Shown here piece by piece: positions 8,453 to 19,338 of a stretch of 31,125 bases of DNA. Source of the DNA: Fimbriimonadales bacterium (GTDB lineage Bacteria > Armatimonadota > Fimbriimonadia > Fimbriimonadales > ATM1). Numbering within the stretch: the first letter of the stretch is position 1; each line of letters opens with the position of its first letter. The notes beneath the pieces are model-generated. The model saw only the letters and a list, made by a program, of their open reading frames with translations, was not told where the DNA came from and ran no database searches. Where the stretch lies: the NCBI GenBank assembly GCA_051003155.1, contig JBPCLO010000047.1, forward strand, positions 1-31,125, read 5' to 3'. The translations under genes were made by a program, and so were the position numbers.

Positions 8453-9487
8453 ATGGCTTTCAAGATCGCGGTCCTGCCTGGAGACGGCATCGGACCGGAA
8501 GTAGTCAGAGAAGCGGTCTTCGTTCTCCAGGCGGTAGCACCGGATTTCGAATACGAAGAGGCGCGCGTCGGCGGGGCAGCCTACGACGAAGTCGGGCATC
8601 CGCTGCCCGCGGCGACTCTCGACCTATGCAAGAGGGCGGACGCGATCCTGCTCGGCGCCGTTGGCGGCCCAAAGTGGGACCGAGTTCAACCGGTGGAAAT
8701 GCGGCCGGAAGTGGGCGCCCTCCTGCCGCTGCGTAGCGAACTGAACTTGTACGCGAACTTGCGGCCCGCGCGGATCTTCGACGCCCTGAAGGATGCGAGC
8801 CCGTTGAAAGAGCCCGAGATAGACCTGATCGTGGTTCGAGAGCTGACGGGCGGCATCTACTTCGGGAAGCCTCGCGAGAGAAGGGAAGGGGGCGAGGTCG
8901 CCGTCGATACCTGCGTGTATTCGAAGACCGAGATTCGCCGTATTGCGCGGCGCGGGTTCGGAATCGCCCGTCAGCGAAGTAAGACCCTCGTCAGCGTAGA
9001 CAAGGCCAACGTTTTGGAAACGAGCCGGCTGTGGAGGGAAGTGGTCGCCGAAGTGGCCGCGAATTACTCCGACGTGAAGTACGAATTCATGCTCGTGGAT
9101 AACTGCGCGATGCAGCTTGTGCGCAACCCTGGGGCATTCGACGTGATCCTCACCGAGAACATGTTCGGAGACATCCTCTCGGACGAGGCCGCCCAGATCA
9201 CCGGCTCGCTCGGAATGCTTCCCAGCGCTTCGCTCTCGGATGACAAGGGACTCTACGAACCGGCACACGGCTCCGCGCCGGACATCGCAGGACAGGGCAT
9301 CGCCAACCCGCTCGCAACCATTCTCAGCGCGGCGATGCTTCTAAAATACTCATTCCGGATGGATGGGGAGGCAGCGGCGATCGAAACTGCGGTTGAGAAG
9401 ACCCTCGCCGACGGCGTGCGGACACGAGACCTCGGCGGTGAGGCATCTACGTCTGAAATGGGCAGCGCGGTGGTCTCAAGGCTCTAG
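8453..9487 (+). CDS. leuB: 3-isopropylmalate dehydrogenase
   Basis: [43 protein letters not shown] and [13 protein letters not shown] motifs. Confidence 0.98.
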   Translation: MAFKIAVLPGDGIGPEVVREAVFVLQAVAPDFEYEEARVGGAAYDEVGHPLPAATLDLCKRADAILLGAVGGPKWDRVQPVEMRPEVGALLPLRSELNLYANLRPARIFDALKDASPLKEPEIDLIVVRELTGGIYFGKPRERREGGEVAVDTCVYSKTEIRRIARRGFGIARQRSKTLVSVDKANVLETSRLWREVVAEVAANYSDVKYEFMLVDNCAMQLVRNPGAFDVILTENMFGDILSDEAAQITGSLGMLPSASLSDDKGLYEPAHGSAPDIAGQGIANPLATILSAAMLLKYSFRMDGEAAAIETAVEKTLADGVRTRDLGGEASTSEMGSAVVSRL

Positions 9488-10839
9488 CTGTAGAATGCTA
9501 CAGCTAGGGCAAGAACAAAGTAGAAGCCGCACGTGTCGGTAACCATCGTGAGGATGGGCGACGAGGCGACAGCCGGATCGACGCGGAGCATCCGCAGAAA
9601 GAGGGGCATTATGCCGCCGATCGTCACCGCGACGACCGCCGTGGCCATCATCGAGCACCCCACGATGAGCGCCAGGGTCGGGTCATTGGTGATTACATAC
9701 GCGCCGATACCGAGCAGGACGCCAAGGATCACGCCGTTGACGAGGCCGACGCCGAGCTCCTTGCCAAGAACCCAAACGAAATCGAGTGCCTTGATTCGGC
9801 CCAGCGAAAGTTCACGAATGCTGACGGCGATCGCTTGCGACCCACCCGAGCCACCCATGTCGCTGATGATGGGCAGGATCGGCGCGAGCAGGGCGAACGC
9901 GGGAGTCTTCGTGTAATACGCGATGACGCTGGCCGGGATGATGTTGAGGATCATCTTGATCACCAGCCAGATGAGCCGCTTCCCCGCGCGTTCCCTCAGC
10001 GGCATGTCCCGGAACTCTTCGCCGCCGGCGATACCGGAAAAGCGGAGGAACTCTTCGTCGGACTCCTCTTTACTGAAGCGCATCGCGTCCTCCTGAGTTA
10101 CGATTCCCAGAAGAACCCCATCGCGCGCGACAACAGGCGCCGAAAGCAGCCGACTTCGGCGGAAGGTTTTGACCAGCTCCTCCCCGGGGGTTTCCGGAGA
10201 GGTTGTCAGCGCATCGGCCGTCAAGAGGGTCGCAATCGGCGTCGTGGGACTGGCGAACAGAAGGGCTCGAAGGCCGAGGACGCCTTGGAACTTACCACCA
10301 TTGTCAACCACATAGATATAAGAATAAGGATAAAGGTTCATCTCATCCTCGGCCATTCCTTGGAGGCTCTTCCGGGCTTCGGTAGCGGTGAGGGTGATCG
10401 GGACGGCGATGAACTCCTTTTGCATGAGGCCGCCCGCGGTGTCCTCGCCATAAGCCAGCAGTTCGCGAGCCATCTCGGCCTGCTCTTGGTCGAGATGGCC
10501 GATAATCGCCTCCACGTGCGGGTCCGAGACCTCTTGCAAAATGTCCGCTTCTTCGTCAGAACGCAGCTCGGTGACGATCTCGGCCGCCTCTTTGGGCTGC
10601 ATCTTGTCGATGGCGTCGGCCGCAAGGTCGTCGGGCAGGTCTTCGAGGATGTCCGCCGCGTGCTCGCGATCGAGCCGTAGGAGGATGTTCGCCACCTCGG
10701 CCGGTTCGAGGGCTTGGAGGGCGTCCGCCGCGTCGGACGCATGGGCGGCGGCCACAAGGACGGCAGCATCGCTGAGGCGACCTTGCTCGACCAGTTCCTC
10801 AAGCTGCTCGAGTTGTAGCGAAGTGGTCTGTTCGTCCAT
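9484..10839 (-). CDS. mgtE: Magnesium transporter MgtE
   Basis: Acidic MgtE_N domain, [13 protein letters not shown] pair, five TM helices with GG..GSQ and [10 protein letters not shown]. Confidence 0.95.
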   Translation of the reverse strand: MDEQTTSLQLEQLEELVEQGRLSDAAVLVAAAHASDAADALQALEPAEVANILLRLDREHAADILEDLPDDLAADAIDKMQPKEAAEIVTELRSDEEADILQEVSDPHVEAIIGHLDQEQAEMARELLAYGEDTAGGLMQKEFIAVPITLTATEARKSLQGMAEDEMNLYPYSYIYVVDNGGKFQGVLGLRALLFASPTTPIATLLTADALTTSPETPGEELVKTFRRSRLLSAPVVARDGVLLGIVTQEDAMRFSKEESDEEFLRFSGIAGGEEFRDMPLRERAGKRLIWLVIKMILNIIPASVIAYYTKTPAFALLAPILPIISDMGGSGGSQAIAVSIRELSLGRIKALDFVWVLGKELGVGLVNGVILGVLLGIGAYVITNDPTLALIVGCSMMATAVVAVTIGGIMPLFLRMLRVDPAVASSPILTMVTDTCGFYFVLALAVAFYS

Positions 10840-10900
10840 GAAAGCGCCCCTAAACGGCTGGAGTAATTCCCCCGCAAAGATTACCTTTTCGGGGCGTTAG

Positions 10901-12094
10901 CTAAACTCTCAGGAGAACGGCTTCTTTGGAGAATAAACGAATCGCAAACCACAGCCCGAGAGCTGCCAGCAGAGCGCTCGTGCCGGCAGTCGCTATGAGC
11001 ATGAACGGGTCTACTTTTTGAAGCAGCGCTTGGCGAATTACCGTTGCGGTGTTCAGGACCGGCACGAAGGCGACCCACTTCGCCGTGGCCGCGTCGGTGT
11101 AGCCGATGAATTGGCTCATCATCGCCGGGACCAAGACAACAAAGCTGGCCAACGAAAGGTATCCCTGGACCTCCCGCTGATTGCGCGCGTAGGTCGAGAG
11201 GGCCAGCAGAGTGCCCGCAAAGAAGACGACCAAGGGAATTAAAGTAACAACAATCGCGAACGCGGAAAGCGCGCTGATGTGGAGTCCGTCCTCGAACATC
11301 GTCCGCGTAAGCGGTAGGTCGAGGAGTCCCATAATCACGACGCCGAGAAGGGCAGAAAGGCAGCTCGCCAAACTCAGCATCGCGAGTGCCACGAATTTCC
11401 CAAAACCGATCGCCTGGCGTGATATTGGGGAGACGAGAAGCGTCTCCAGCGAACCTCGCTCTTTCTCGCCGGCCACCAAATCGCTTACGATCGAGAAACC
11501 CCCATAAAATGCCCAAATAACTATTAGATAGGGCAAGAAGCCCACAAGGACCGTTCCCGCAAAGGGTTTCCCGGTATCCGCCTTCATCTCGTTTAGCTTA
11601 TAAGCCTCGAACGCGTCGGGATCGAGTTTTGCTTCTTTTATTCGCGCGATTCGCTCTTGATCGCGGGCTTCCGCGAGTATGGCTTTGACCGTTTCCTTCG
11701 CAACTTGGCTGGTGGCCTCGTTGTCATCATAGAGCGTAGTAAATTCCGGCGCTTTGCGATCCTTGTACTGATGAAGAAATCCTTTCGGAAACTTGATAAC
11801 TAAGTTGGCGTCGCCCTTCTTGAGCAATTCCGCGCCCCTGGCGTAATCGTCTAAATCGGTCAGTTTGAAACGCTTGGTTTCCTCCAGAGCCTTGAGTACC
11901 GGCGCGCCCTCGTTTCTGTTGACCACGAGAACCCTGTGCTGGCGCTCCGAGCCCATCACCTGGAATAGAAACCCAAAAAGAAAAATGATTAATACTTCGA
12001 GAATAAGGGGGCCGAGCAGGGAAGTGTAAAAAACGCGCTTGTCCCTTGCGAACTCGCGAATCTCCTTGCGGAAGACGTGCGTCCAACCTTTCAA
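10901..12094 (-). CDS. natB: ABC-2 exporter permease, NatB-like
   Basis: FRKE.RE..RD.R start, AGEKERGSLETLLVSP, GKF motif and multiple TM helices. Confidence 0.88.
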   Translation of the reverse strand: MKGWTHVFRKEIREFARDKRVFYTSLLGPLILEVLIIFLFGFLFQVMGSERQHRVLVVNRNEGAPVLKALEETKRFKLTDLDDYARGAELLKKGDANLVIKFPKGFLHQYKDRKAPEFTTLYDDNEATSQVAKETVKAILAEARDQERIARIKEAKLDPDAFEAYKLNEMKADTGKPFAGTVLVGFLPYLIVIWAFYGGFSIVSDLVAGEKERGSLETLLVSPISRQAIGFGKFVALAMLSLASCLSALLGVVIMGLLDLPLTRTMFEDGLHISALSAFAIVVTLIPLVVFFAGTLLALSTYARNQREVQGYLSLASFVVLVPAMMSQFIGYTDAATAKWVAFVPVLNTATVIRQALLQKVDPFMLIATAGTSALLAALGLWFAIRLFSKEAVLLRV

Positions 12095-12840
12095 GCGACG
12101 TCGGCCTCTTGGCCAGACACGAGGGATAGGAAAACCTTCTCGAGCCGTTCTTCCCCGGTCATCTGTTTAAGCTCGTCGAGCGTGCCGATTGCCGCGACCT
12201 TGCCATTATGCAGAACGCAAATACGGTCGCAAAGCCGCTCCGCTTCGCTCATGATATGAGTGCAAAAAACCACCGTTTTTCCAGTGGCTCGGCGTTCCTC
12301 GATGAACTCCATGATCGTGCGGCTGGCGAGGACGTCGAGGCCAGCCGTAGGCTCGTCGAAGAAGAGCACCGGCGGGTCGTGGAGGATCGTTCTTGCGAGG
12401 CTCACACGCTGCTTCTGGCCGGTGGATAATTTGTCGCACAATCTGTCCTGGAATTCGGCAATCTGAAGCATCTGAATCACTTCGGCCACACGCCGATCGA
12501 GATCGCGGCCGCGGAGCCCATAAAGTCGGCCCATGTAGGCGATCATCTCCTTGGCGGTGAGGCGCGTGTACAGAGCCGTTGTGCTGGACATAAAGCCGAT
12601 ATTGCGTCTGACCTGCGCGGCGTCTCGGACGACGTCGTAGCCGGCGATCGTCGCGGATCCGTAAGTGGGAGTGATCACTGTGCTGAGCATGCGCATGAGC
12701 GTCGTCTTGCCGGCGCCGTTCGCTCCCAATAATCCGAAGATTTCCCCTGGTTGAGATTCGAAGGAGACGCCGTCCACTGCGCGCACGATGCCTCGCTTGG
12801 TGTCTACAAAGTGCTTTGCCAGGGAATCGACCGTGATCAA
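12091..12840 (-). CDS. natA: ABC transporter ATP-binding protein, NatA-like
   Basis: Walker [10 protein letters not shown], signature LSTGQKQ, Walker B FFDEPT; overlaps the permease start by 4 bp. Confidence 0.9.
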   Translation of the reverse strand: MITVDSLAKHFVDTKRGIVRAVDGVSFESQPGEIFGLLGANGAGKTTLMRMLSTVITPTYGSATIAGYDVVRDAAQVRRNIGFMSSTTALYTRLTAKEMIAYMGRLYGLRGRDLDRRVAEVIQMLQIAEFQDRLCDKLSTGQKQRVSLARTILHDPPVLFFDEPTAGLDVLASRTIMEFIEERRATGKTVVFCTHIMSEAERLCDRICVLHNGKVAAIGTLDELKQMTGEERLEKVFLSLVSGQEADVA

Positions 12841-12895
12841 CGCGCAAAGGCTACCTCACTTGACCGAGCGCCGGGATAAATGGAAAACTAAAAGA

Positions 12896-14434
12896 GTGGA
12901 CAAGTCTGCGACGCACGAAACCTTGTTGGTTGTAGACTTCGGCGGACAGTACACCCAACTGATTGCGCGGAAGGTCCGTGAGTTAAAAGTTTATTCAAAG
13001 ATCGTCGCCTGGGATTCTCCGAATCTCGAATCCGAATGGCGTCAGGCGACGGCCGCAATCCTCAGCGGCGGCCCAAAGAGCGTGCTCGACAGCGACAGCC
13101 CGACCATCTCGTCCGATCTTTTAAGAGATGGTACACCGGTCCTCGGAATTTGCTACGGGCAGCAGCTGTTGGCGAAGCTCCTCGATGGCGAAGTTGTCAA
13201 GGTGGAGAACCGCGAGTATGGCAAGCAGCTACTCCAACCCGTTGCGAACGCCGCGCTCCTGGGTGAAAGCGGCCAGGTGTGGATGAGCCACGGCGATGCC
13301 GTTGCCACGCTTCCTAACGGCTTTCAAGTGGCGGCAGCCACATCGACCTGCGCGGTGGCGGCGATGGAGGCCCCCGAGGAAAAGCTCTTTGGAGTTCAGT
13401 TTCACCCCGAGGTCACGCACACCGAGGGCGGCAAGGAAATCCTTCGAAAGTTCCTGTTCGACCAAGCGGGCTTTCGTGGGGACTGGACGTCCGCTAACTT
13501 CATCCAGGAGACTTCGGAAGATATCCGTCGCCGCGTCGGCAACAAGGGACGGGTGTTATGCGCCGTCTCCGGTGGGGTGGACAGCACCGTTGCCGCAGCC
13601 CTCATCGCCAGAGCGGTCGGCGATCGCCTGGTGTGTGTCTTTGTCGATCATGGCCTCATGAGAAAGAACGAGGCCGCGGAGGTCGTTAGAACGTTCCGCA
13701 CATACGTTCCGGCCGAGTTCGTGCCGATAGACGCTTCATGCCAGTTCTTTAAGGTTCTTTCCGGTGTAATCGATCCTGAAGAGAAGAGGAAGCGAATCGG
13801 CGCAGAATTCGTGCGCGTTTTCGAGCAGCACGCATCGGAGATCGGCGACTGCGATTTCCTGGCTCAAGGAACGCTTTATCCCGACGTGATCGAGAGCGGT
13901 TCGAAGACAGCGGCCAAGATAAAAACCCACCACAATGTGGGCGGGCTGCCGGAGTGGATGTGGATGGGGCTCATCGAACCTCTCCGTTGGCTCTTCAAAG
14001 ACGAAGTTCGGTCCGTAGGGAGGGAACTTGGATTGCCCAGCGACGCCATCGACCGCGAACCGTTTCCCGGGCCGGGCCTGGCGGTGCGAATTCTGGGCGA
14101 GGTCACGCCGGAGAGGGTAAAGACCGTGCAGGATGCCGATTGGATCTTCCGCGAGGAGCTGCGCCGCGAAGGCCTTCACGAGGGAATATGGCAATCCTAC
14201 GCTGCGCTTCTCGATGTTCGGAGCGTCGGCGTTATGGGGGATGAAAGGACCTATTTGAGCCCGATCGTGCTTCGCGCGGTCTCCAGCGAAGACGCAATGA
14301 CGGCGCATGCTTCCGAGATACCGTTCGCTGTTCTAGAACGGATTGCAAGCAGAATCGTCAATGAGGTTCAAGGAGTAAACCGGGTTTTGTACGATCTTAC
14401 CAGCAAGCCACCGGCCACCATCGAGTGGGAGTGA
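12896..14434 (+). CDS. guaA: GMP synthase (glutamine-hydrolysing)
   Basis: [54 protein letters not shown] start at 12896 inferred. Confidence 0.98.
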   Translation: MDKSATHETLLVVDFGGQYTQLIARKVRELKVYSKIVAWDSPNLESEWRQATAAILSGGPKSVLDSDSPTISSDLLRDGTPVLGICYGQQLLAKLLDGEVVKVENREYGKQLLQPVANAALLGESGQVWMSHGDAVATLPNGFQVAAATSTCAVAAMEAPEEKLFGVQFHPEVTHTEGGKEILRKFLFDQAGFRGDWTSANFIQETSEDIRRRVGNKGRVLCAVSGGVDSTVAAALIARAVGDRLVCVFVDHGLMRKNEAAEVVRTFRTYVPAEFVPIDASCQFFKVLSGVIDPEEKRKRIGAEFVRVFEQHASEIGDCDFLAQGTLYPDVIESGSKTAAKIKTHHNVGGLPEWMWMGLIEPLRWLFKDEVRSVGRELGLPSDAIDREPFPGPGLAVRILGEVTPERVKTVQDADWIFREELRREGLHEGIWQSYAALLDVRSVGVMGDERTYLSPIVLRAVSSEDAMTAHASEIPFAVLERIASRIVNEVQGVNRVLYDLTSKPPATIEWE

Positions 14435-14944
14435 TGCGCGTCGAGACCGTTCTAACCGAAGAGCAGATCGCATCCCGAATACATGAGCTTGCGAAGGAAA
14501 TTCATCGCGCATACGCGGATTCGGCGCCCTTGCTGCTATCGATCCTCAAGGGGTCCGTGTTCTTCCTCGCCGACCTGGCTCGCGAGCTAGGTAGTGGCTA
14601 CCCGATCGATTTCATGGCCGTAGCCAGCTACGACGGAACCAGGTCGACGCGGGCTGTGGAATTCGCCTAGATCTTGGCACCCATATCGAGGGCCGAGACG
14701 TCCTAATAGTAGAAGACGTCGTCGAAACCGGGCTCACGTTGGAATACCTGCTTGGGGTTCTCAAAGCGAGAGGCGCGACGAGTGTCCGCGTTGTGACGTT
14801 GCTTTTCAAGCCGGACGCATTTCAAGGAACGGACCGCCCAGAGTTCATCGGTTCGAACTTACGAACGACTTCGTGGTTGGCTGCGGAATGGATTTGAACG
14901 AAGAGTGGCGGAACTTGAGATTCGTTGGACGGCTGGCCCAATAG
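14434..14944 (+). pseudogene. hpt: Hypoxanthine phosphoribosyltransferase with two frameshifts
   Basis: First segment ILKGSVFFLADL...DFMAVASY; after a shift at ~14655, IEGRDVLIVEDVVETGLTL; after a shift at ~14852, FVVGCGMD...RNL to TAG 14942-14944. Confidence 0.88.
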
Positions 14945-15047
14945 CGCCAAGCAATATTTATGAGTGAATTCGTGATATACTAAAGACCGACCCGTGGGCG
15001 CTGCCCACGCGTGTCGTCATTCTCCAATCCTTTCACACAGGTGTTCT

Positions 15048-16445
15048 ATGCACTTTCGCAAACCTTCAGGCGCTGAGCCCAATAGCGCGTCTCGACAAAG
15101 AAATAAGGGCGGCGGCCGACGTGATAATCGGCCAAGGGAACATGTTTTAACCCAGGCGGACCTCGATCAGCTGCCGACGACGGACTATAGGCACTTCGAT
15201 ACTATGGCCGACACGGCGCTCGCCAAGGAGGCCAAAAAATACAAGATCACACTTAACGGGAGCTCGCGGTCGGCGGTCGTGGAAGCCGTGATGATCGAAA
15301 CCAACCGTGAATCCGGCGCGATTTATAAGTCCGGCGTCTTGGAAATCCTTCCTGACGGCTGGGGCTTCCTCAGACAAAAGAACTACGCTCCATCGCAGGA
15401 TGATATCTACGTTAGCCAGTCGCAGATCCGCAGGTTCTGGCTTCGAACAGGCGATACTGTTCTGGGCCACGCACGGGCTCCGAAAGAGGGCGAGAAGTAT
15501 TTTGGAATCCTGCGGGTCGAGTCCGTAAACGGATTCGCCGCCGAATCGGAAGCGATCGTCAAGCGGCCCGATTTCGACAAACTAACGCCAATTTTCCCTG
15601 ATGAGCGGATCCACATGGAGACCGCGCCTACCGCTATCGCGGCGCGTATTATCGACATGATCTGCCCGATAGGGAAGGGGCAAAGAGGACTCATCGTCTC
15701 CCCTCCCAAGGCCGGAAAGACCATGCTTTTGAAGACAATCGCAAACAGCGTGGAGGCCAACCACCCCGAGGTCAAGCTGATGGTGCTGCTCGTAGATGAG
15801 CGGCCGGAAGAGGTCACCGATATGCGGCGCTCCGTGCGCGGCCAAGTGATCAGCAGCACGTTCGACGAGCCGCCTGAGAACCACATGAGAGTTTCGGAAC
15901 TCTGCCTCGAGCAAGCCCGACGGCTTGTCGAGGTCGGTCATGACGTGGTCGTGTTGCTCGACTCGATCACCCGTATGGCCCGCGCAAGCAATTTGACGGT
16001 CAACCCCAGTGGAAGGACACTCAGCGGCGGCCTCGACCCATCAGCAATGTATCGTCCGCGAAGATTCTTCGGCTCGGCTAGGAATATCGAAGAAGGCGGC
16101 AGCCTCACCATTATCGCAACAGCGCTTATTGATACCGGCAGCAAGATGGATGACGCGATCTTCGAGGAGTTCAAGGGTACGGGCAACATGGAGCTCGTCC
16201 TCGACCGCGACCTCGCCGAACGACGCATCTGGCCCGCGATCGACGTCAAGAGAAGCTCGACGAGGGCCGAAGAGAAGCTCTTTGCGCCGGGCGAACTCGA
16301 AGCCGTCTACCACCTGCACAGGCTCCTCGCAAACCAAAGGGATAGCGTGGAGGCCACCGAATCTCTCATTAAACTGCTCAAACGAACGCCATCCAATGCG
16401 GAATTCCTGCAAGGCGTGGTAGAAAAGACACGCGCCGCAACATAG
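15048..16445 (+). CDS. rho: Transcription termination factor Rho
   Basis: DGWGFLR, YVSQSQIRRF, PIGKGQRGLIVSPPKAGKT, DERPEEVTD, FKGTGNMEL. Confidence 0.98.
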   Translation: MHFRKPSGAEPNSASRQRNKGGGRRDNRPREHVLTQADLDQLPTTDYRHFDTMADTALAKEAKKYKITLNGSSRSAVVEAVMIETNRESGAIYKSGVLEILPDGWGFLRQKNYAPSQDDIYVSQSQIRRFWLRTGDTVLGHARAPKEGEKYFGILRVESVNGFAAESEAIVKRPDFDKLTPIFPDERIHMETAPTAIAARIIDMICPIGKGQRGLIVSPPKAGKTMLLKTIANSVEANHPEVKLMVLLVDERPEEVTDMRRSVRGQVISSTFDEPPENHMRVSELCLEQARRLVEVGHDVVVLLDSITRMARASNLTVNPSGRTLSGGLDPSAMYRPRRFFGSARNIEEGGSLTIIATALIDTGSKMDDAIFEEFKGTGNMELVLDRDLAERRIWPAIDVKRSSTRAEEKLFAPGELEAVYHLHRLLANQRDSVEATESLIKLLKRTPSNAEFLQGVVEKTRAAT

Positions 16446-16449
16446 CGAG

Positions 16450-16938
16450 ATGCCCGAAGAGTTCAACCCGGAATTCAACGACCCGCCGCCCTTTTTCCCA
16501 AAGGACCTCGGAAGGGGTGAGTTCGTGGGGGTGCCAATCCAGGTTCGGATAGCCGCCACGTACGGAACAGAAACCGGCGGCACGGTCCAGCGGTTTGTGC
16601 AGCTTCAAGACGACGAGGGAAGGGACCTCACAATTTCGATCGGGCCGTTCGAGGCCATGGCTATTTCTCTCGTCATGGAAGGCACCCAGCTGGACCGACC
16701 GATGACACACGATCTCCTCAAAATGGTCATCGAGCGGATGAGCGGCACTCTGGATCGTGTCGTCATCGACGATTTGTGGAACGCAACCTACTACGCCAAG
16801 CTTTACGTAAGGCTTGGTGGGGAAGAGCTCGAGGTGGATTCCAGGCCGAGCGATGCGATTGCGTTGGCAGTTCGCTTCGGCTGTCCCATATACGTTTTGG
16901 ATTCGATACTCGACAGCGTGAGAACCGAAGAAGAGTAA
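16450..16938 (+). CDS. Bifunctional nuclease family protein (DUF151)
   Basis: IGPFEA.AI, RPMTHDLL, YYAKL, DSRPSDAIALAVR..PIYV. Confidence 0.93.
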   Translation: MPEEFNPEFNDPPPFFPKDLGRGEFVGVPIQVRIAATYGTETGGTVQRFVQLQDDEGRDLTISIGPFEAMAISLVMEGTQLDRPMTHDLLKMVIERMSGTLDRVVIDDLWNATYYAKLYVRLGGEELEVDSRPSDAIALAVRFGCPIYVLDSILDSVRTEEE

Positions 16939-17013
16939 CTCGATCTACACGCAAGCCCTACCCGTGAGGTAGCATTTGCGAACCCTACGACTCGGAGGAT
17001 TCTGTAAAAGCAT

Positions 17014-17418
17014 ATGGCCGTCAAGATTCTAGTCTGCGATGATGAGCGCAGCATCGTGCGTCTGATTCAAGTGAACCTGGAGCGACAGGGCTGGGAAGTC
17101 GTCACCGCGTATGATGGCAAGGAAGGGCTGGAGAAGATCCGGGCTGATAAGCCGGACATTTGCGTTCTCGACGTCATGATGCCGTACATGGACGGCTTCG
17201 AAGTGCTCAAGAATCTGAGACGCGAGCCTGAAACCCAGAACCTGCCGGTCGTTATGCTAACGGCCAAGGCGCAAGACAAAGACGTGTTCGAGGGCTACCA
17301 CTTCGGCGCCGATGTGTATCTGACCAAGCCTTTCAATCCTGCGGAATTGGTTACATTTATCAAGAGAATCATCGCGGGTGGTGGGAATGACGGGCAGAAG
17401 CGCTACGATATCGATTAG
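17014..17418 (+). CDS. Single-domain response regulator (receiver)
   Basis: ILVCDDE, LDVMMP.MDG, MLTAK, YLTKPF; no output domain. Confidence 0.95.
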   Translation: MAVKILVCDDERSIVRLIQVNLERQGWEVVTAYDGKEGLEKIRADKPDICVLDVMMPYMDGFEVLKNLRREPETQNLPVVMLTAKAQDKDVFEGYHFGADVYLTKPFNPAELVTFIKRIIAGGGNDGQKRYDID

Positions 17419-17459
17419 TTAAGAAAGTTTGAAATTCACCTAATTTGGTCATTACCTGG

Positions 17460-17492
17460 TGTGGATAACTGGTTATAATCTTGTGGATAACT
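17460..17492 (+). promoter_or_regulatory. Two consensus DnaA boxes flanking a TATAAT -10 element
   Basis: tgtggataa (reverse complement TTATCCACA) at 17460-17468 and 17482-17490; tataat at 17474-17479. Confidence 0.75.
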
Positions 17493-17506
17493 ACTGACGC
17501 TAGGGG

Positions 17507-17719
17507 GTGAACGATATGTTGAAGAAGACAAAACTGACGGGATTACTCGGGATGACGGCGGCGATTGCGGGTCTCGGCGCGGTTGCGGTATATGTCGTCA
17601 AACTGATCCGTGAGCACGGTGAGGAAGTCGATACTGCGATCGACGGCCTGCTGGATTTCTACGGCAACAAGGCGGCCGAACTCGACCGCATGGTCAGCGA
17701 CCTTTCGCTGGCGAACTAA
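17507..17719 (+). CDS. Small single-TM hypothetical protein
   Basis: 70-aa ORF with one N-terminal hydrophobic helix and acidic helical tail; coding-like codon use; start may be ATG 17516. Confidence 0.65.
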   Translation: MNDMLKKTKLTGLLGMTAAIAGLGAVAVYVVKLIREHGEEVDTAIDGLLDFYGNKAAELDRMVSDLSLAN

Positions 17720-17814
17720 GCGCTTTCGGGTCACGCCGTTTTCGGGTGGCGACATAGCCAGGGCTAACTTTTTGAGTCCAGTGCCGGAACAGGGTCTTTT
17801 AAGGCATCGGTGAC

Positions 17815-18069
17815 TTGGGTGCGAAACAAGTAGTCGTCGCTGGGCCAGACACCCCAGTCACGGGCACACGCGCGATTGAGCGGGATTCCAATAGCGAGAG
17901 AGCCTTCTCGGTCAACGACTCGGGCCAATTCTTGACATCAGGTTTCACAGGGTCAGAATGGCACTATCTATTGTTCAACCCGGTGCCTGAGCCATCCGGG
18001 CTTCTTGTCTTCGGATTACTCATCTGCGCATTTACGATTTCGCGTCGATTCTGGCGTGAAAACCTATAA
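17815..18069 (+). pseudogene. C-terminal remnant of a PEP-CTERM protein
   Basis: ...AFSVNDSGQ...LFNPVPEPSGLLVFGLLICAFTISRR: VPEP + TM + basic tail, with no signal peptide or credible start. Confidence 0.7.
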
Positions 18070-18217
18070 GGAAGGAAAAATGAATATCGTCAGGATTGCT
18101 ATCGCATTAGCGGCGGTTGTCACAGCATCCTGACTGGCGCTCAAATTGTGTTGTCTGATAAGATATATTATGTTGAGTTGCAAGTGAGGATCAAGCTCGG
18201 GAGTCGTAATCTTCCTC

Positions 18218-19255
18218 TCACTTTCGAAACAAATAGTAGCCCCGATCCTTCCTTTGCCTTTCAATGATGGGCTTTAGAGCCTCTTTAGCCACATTAGCCA
18301 AAGATCTAGCGATAGAGCCGAAGCCTTCGACATGGACTCGCGGAACGCGCGGCCTCACTGTGCTTTCGATCGTCAAGCCAAACTTTTTGGCGATACATTC
18401 TGCTGTCCTGTCGGTGTACAAATTGACGTGCTCCAGCGGCATAATTCCGACGTAATCGGCAGCGCTGGCGTCCTTCAGGGACTCGTCTTCCTTGAGTAGG
18501 TGTTCCTGAGGAGACCGGCCGATCATGCCTCGGGAAGCTAACAGAGCCTTTACGTTGCCGGGACGAGGGACCGCCATTTTGAATATTCCGCCCTTTGCGG
18601 TAGCCCCCGCCAAGAGTGCGATATCTTCGAGTGGCTCGACTAAATGTTCGGCTACCTGCTCAGCGTGGACGATGTCGAACTTCATAGCAGCTATCGCTTC
18701 GTTGTCTATGATCTGCACGCCGACCTCGCGGGCGAATTTGATCTTCTCAGGCGAAATCTCTGTGGCGAAAACGGTTGCGCCAATCCCACGAGCGGCCCGA
18801 GACCACTTGCCAAAACCGAAGCCGTAGTCTAAGAACGTGATCTCGGACAGAGGCTTGCGTATCAGTGCGAAAAGAGCCTCCAGCTCACCAGAAATGTTTT
18901 CGAAGTTTCTCAGCGTAAGCACGCGCTCCTCGTAGGCCTTGAGAAAATCCGAATCGATCATTTCGTTGTAAACGTGGTTCAACATGAACCCGTTTGGAAC
19001 GTACTTCTGATAGATAAGGCCGCAAGATTCACATTCGATTAATACGTAATCCGTGCCCTCCAAATAGCTCCATTCTATGGTTCCGTTAGCGGCGGAGTAA
19101 TGGTTCTCCAACATGCTCCGCAAAGGGGCTTCGCTCAGTGGGGCTCGGTAAAGCAGTCTCCCTCCTGGCGTTTCGCAAATGGGGCACACTTCCCTACTTG
19201 TGAAGTATCTCAGGTCGTAGCCCCCATTGCGCAGTTCGCTTATCTCCTGCGCCAT
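18218..19255 (-). CDS. Class I SAM-dependent methyltransferase with N-terminal CxxC...CxxC
   Basis: FLDYGFGFG SAM motif, FDIV..EQVAEHL..P, CPIC and CESC. Confidence 0.88.
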   Translation of the reverse strand: MAQEISELRNGGYDLRYFTSREVCPICETPGGRLLYRAPLSEAPLRSMLENHYSAANGTIEWSYLEGTDYVLIECESCGLIYQKYVPNGFMLNHVYNEMIDSDFLKAYEERVLTLRNFENISGELEALFALIRKPLSEITFLDYGFGFGKWSRAARGIGATVFATEISPEKIKFAREVGVQIIDNEAIAAMKFDIVHAEQVAEHLVEPLEDIALLAGATAKGGIFKMAVPRPGNVKALLASRGMIGRSPQEHLLKEDESLKDASAADYVGIMPLEHVNLYTDRTAECIAKKFGLTIESTVRPRVPRVHVEGFGSIARSLANVAKEALKPIIERQRKDRGYYLFRK

Positions 19256-19338
19256 GCCGCCAAGCCCACCGATCCGGCGGTGGCTAGGAGTGTAGACGGC
19301 TCGGGAACAGAAGCGTATTCCACTTTCATGAGGCCATT

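Noticed and set aside
8151..8504. Short ORFs or leucine attenuator upstream of leuB
   Set aside because: No Leu-rich leader peptide, T-box or terminator/antiterminator pair recognised; the ORFs lack motifs.
9484..9487. leuB and mgtE stop codons overlapping in a CTAG palindrome
   Set aside because: A common arrangement for convergent genes; no further signal.
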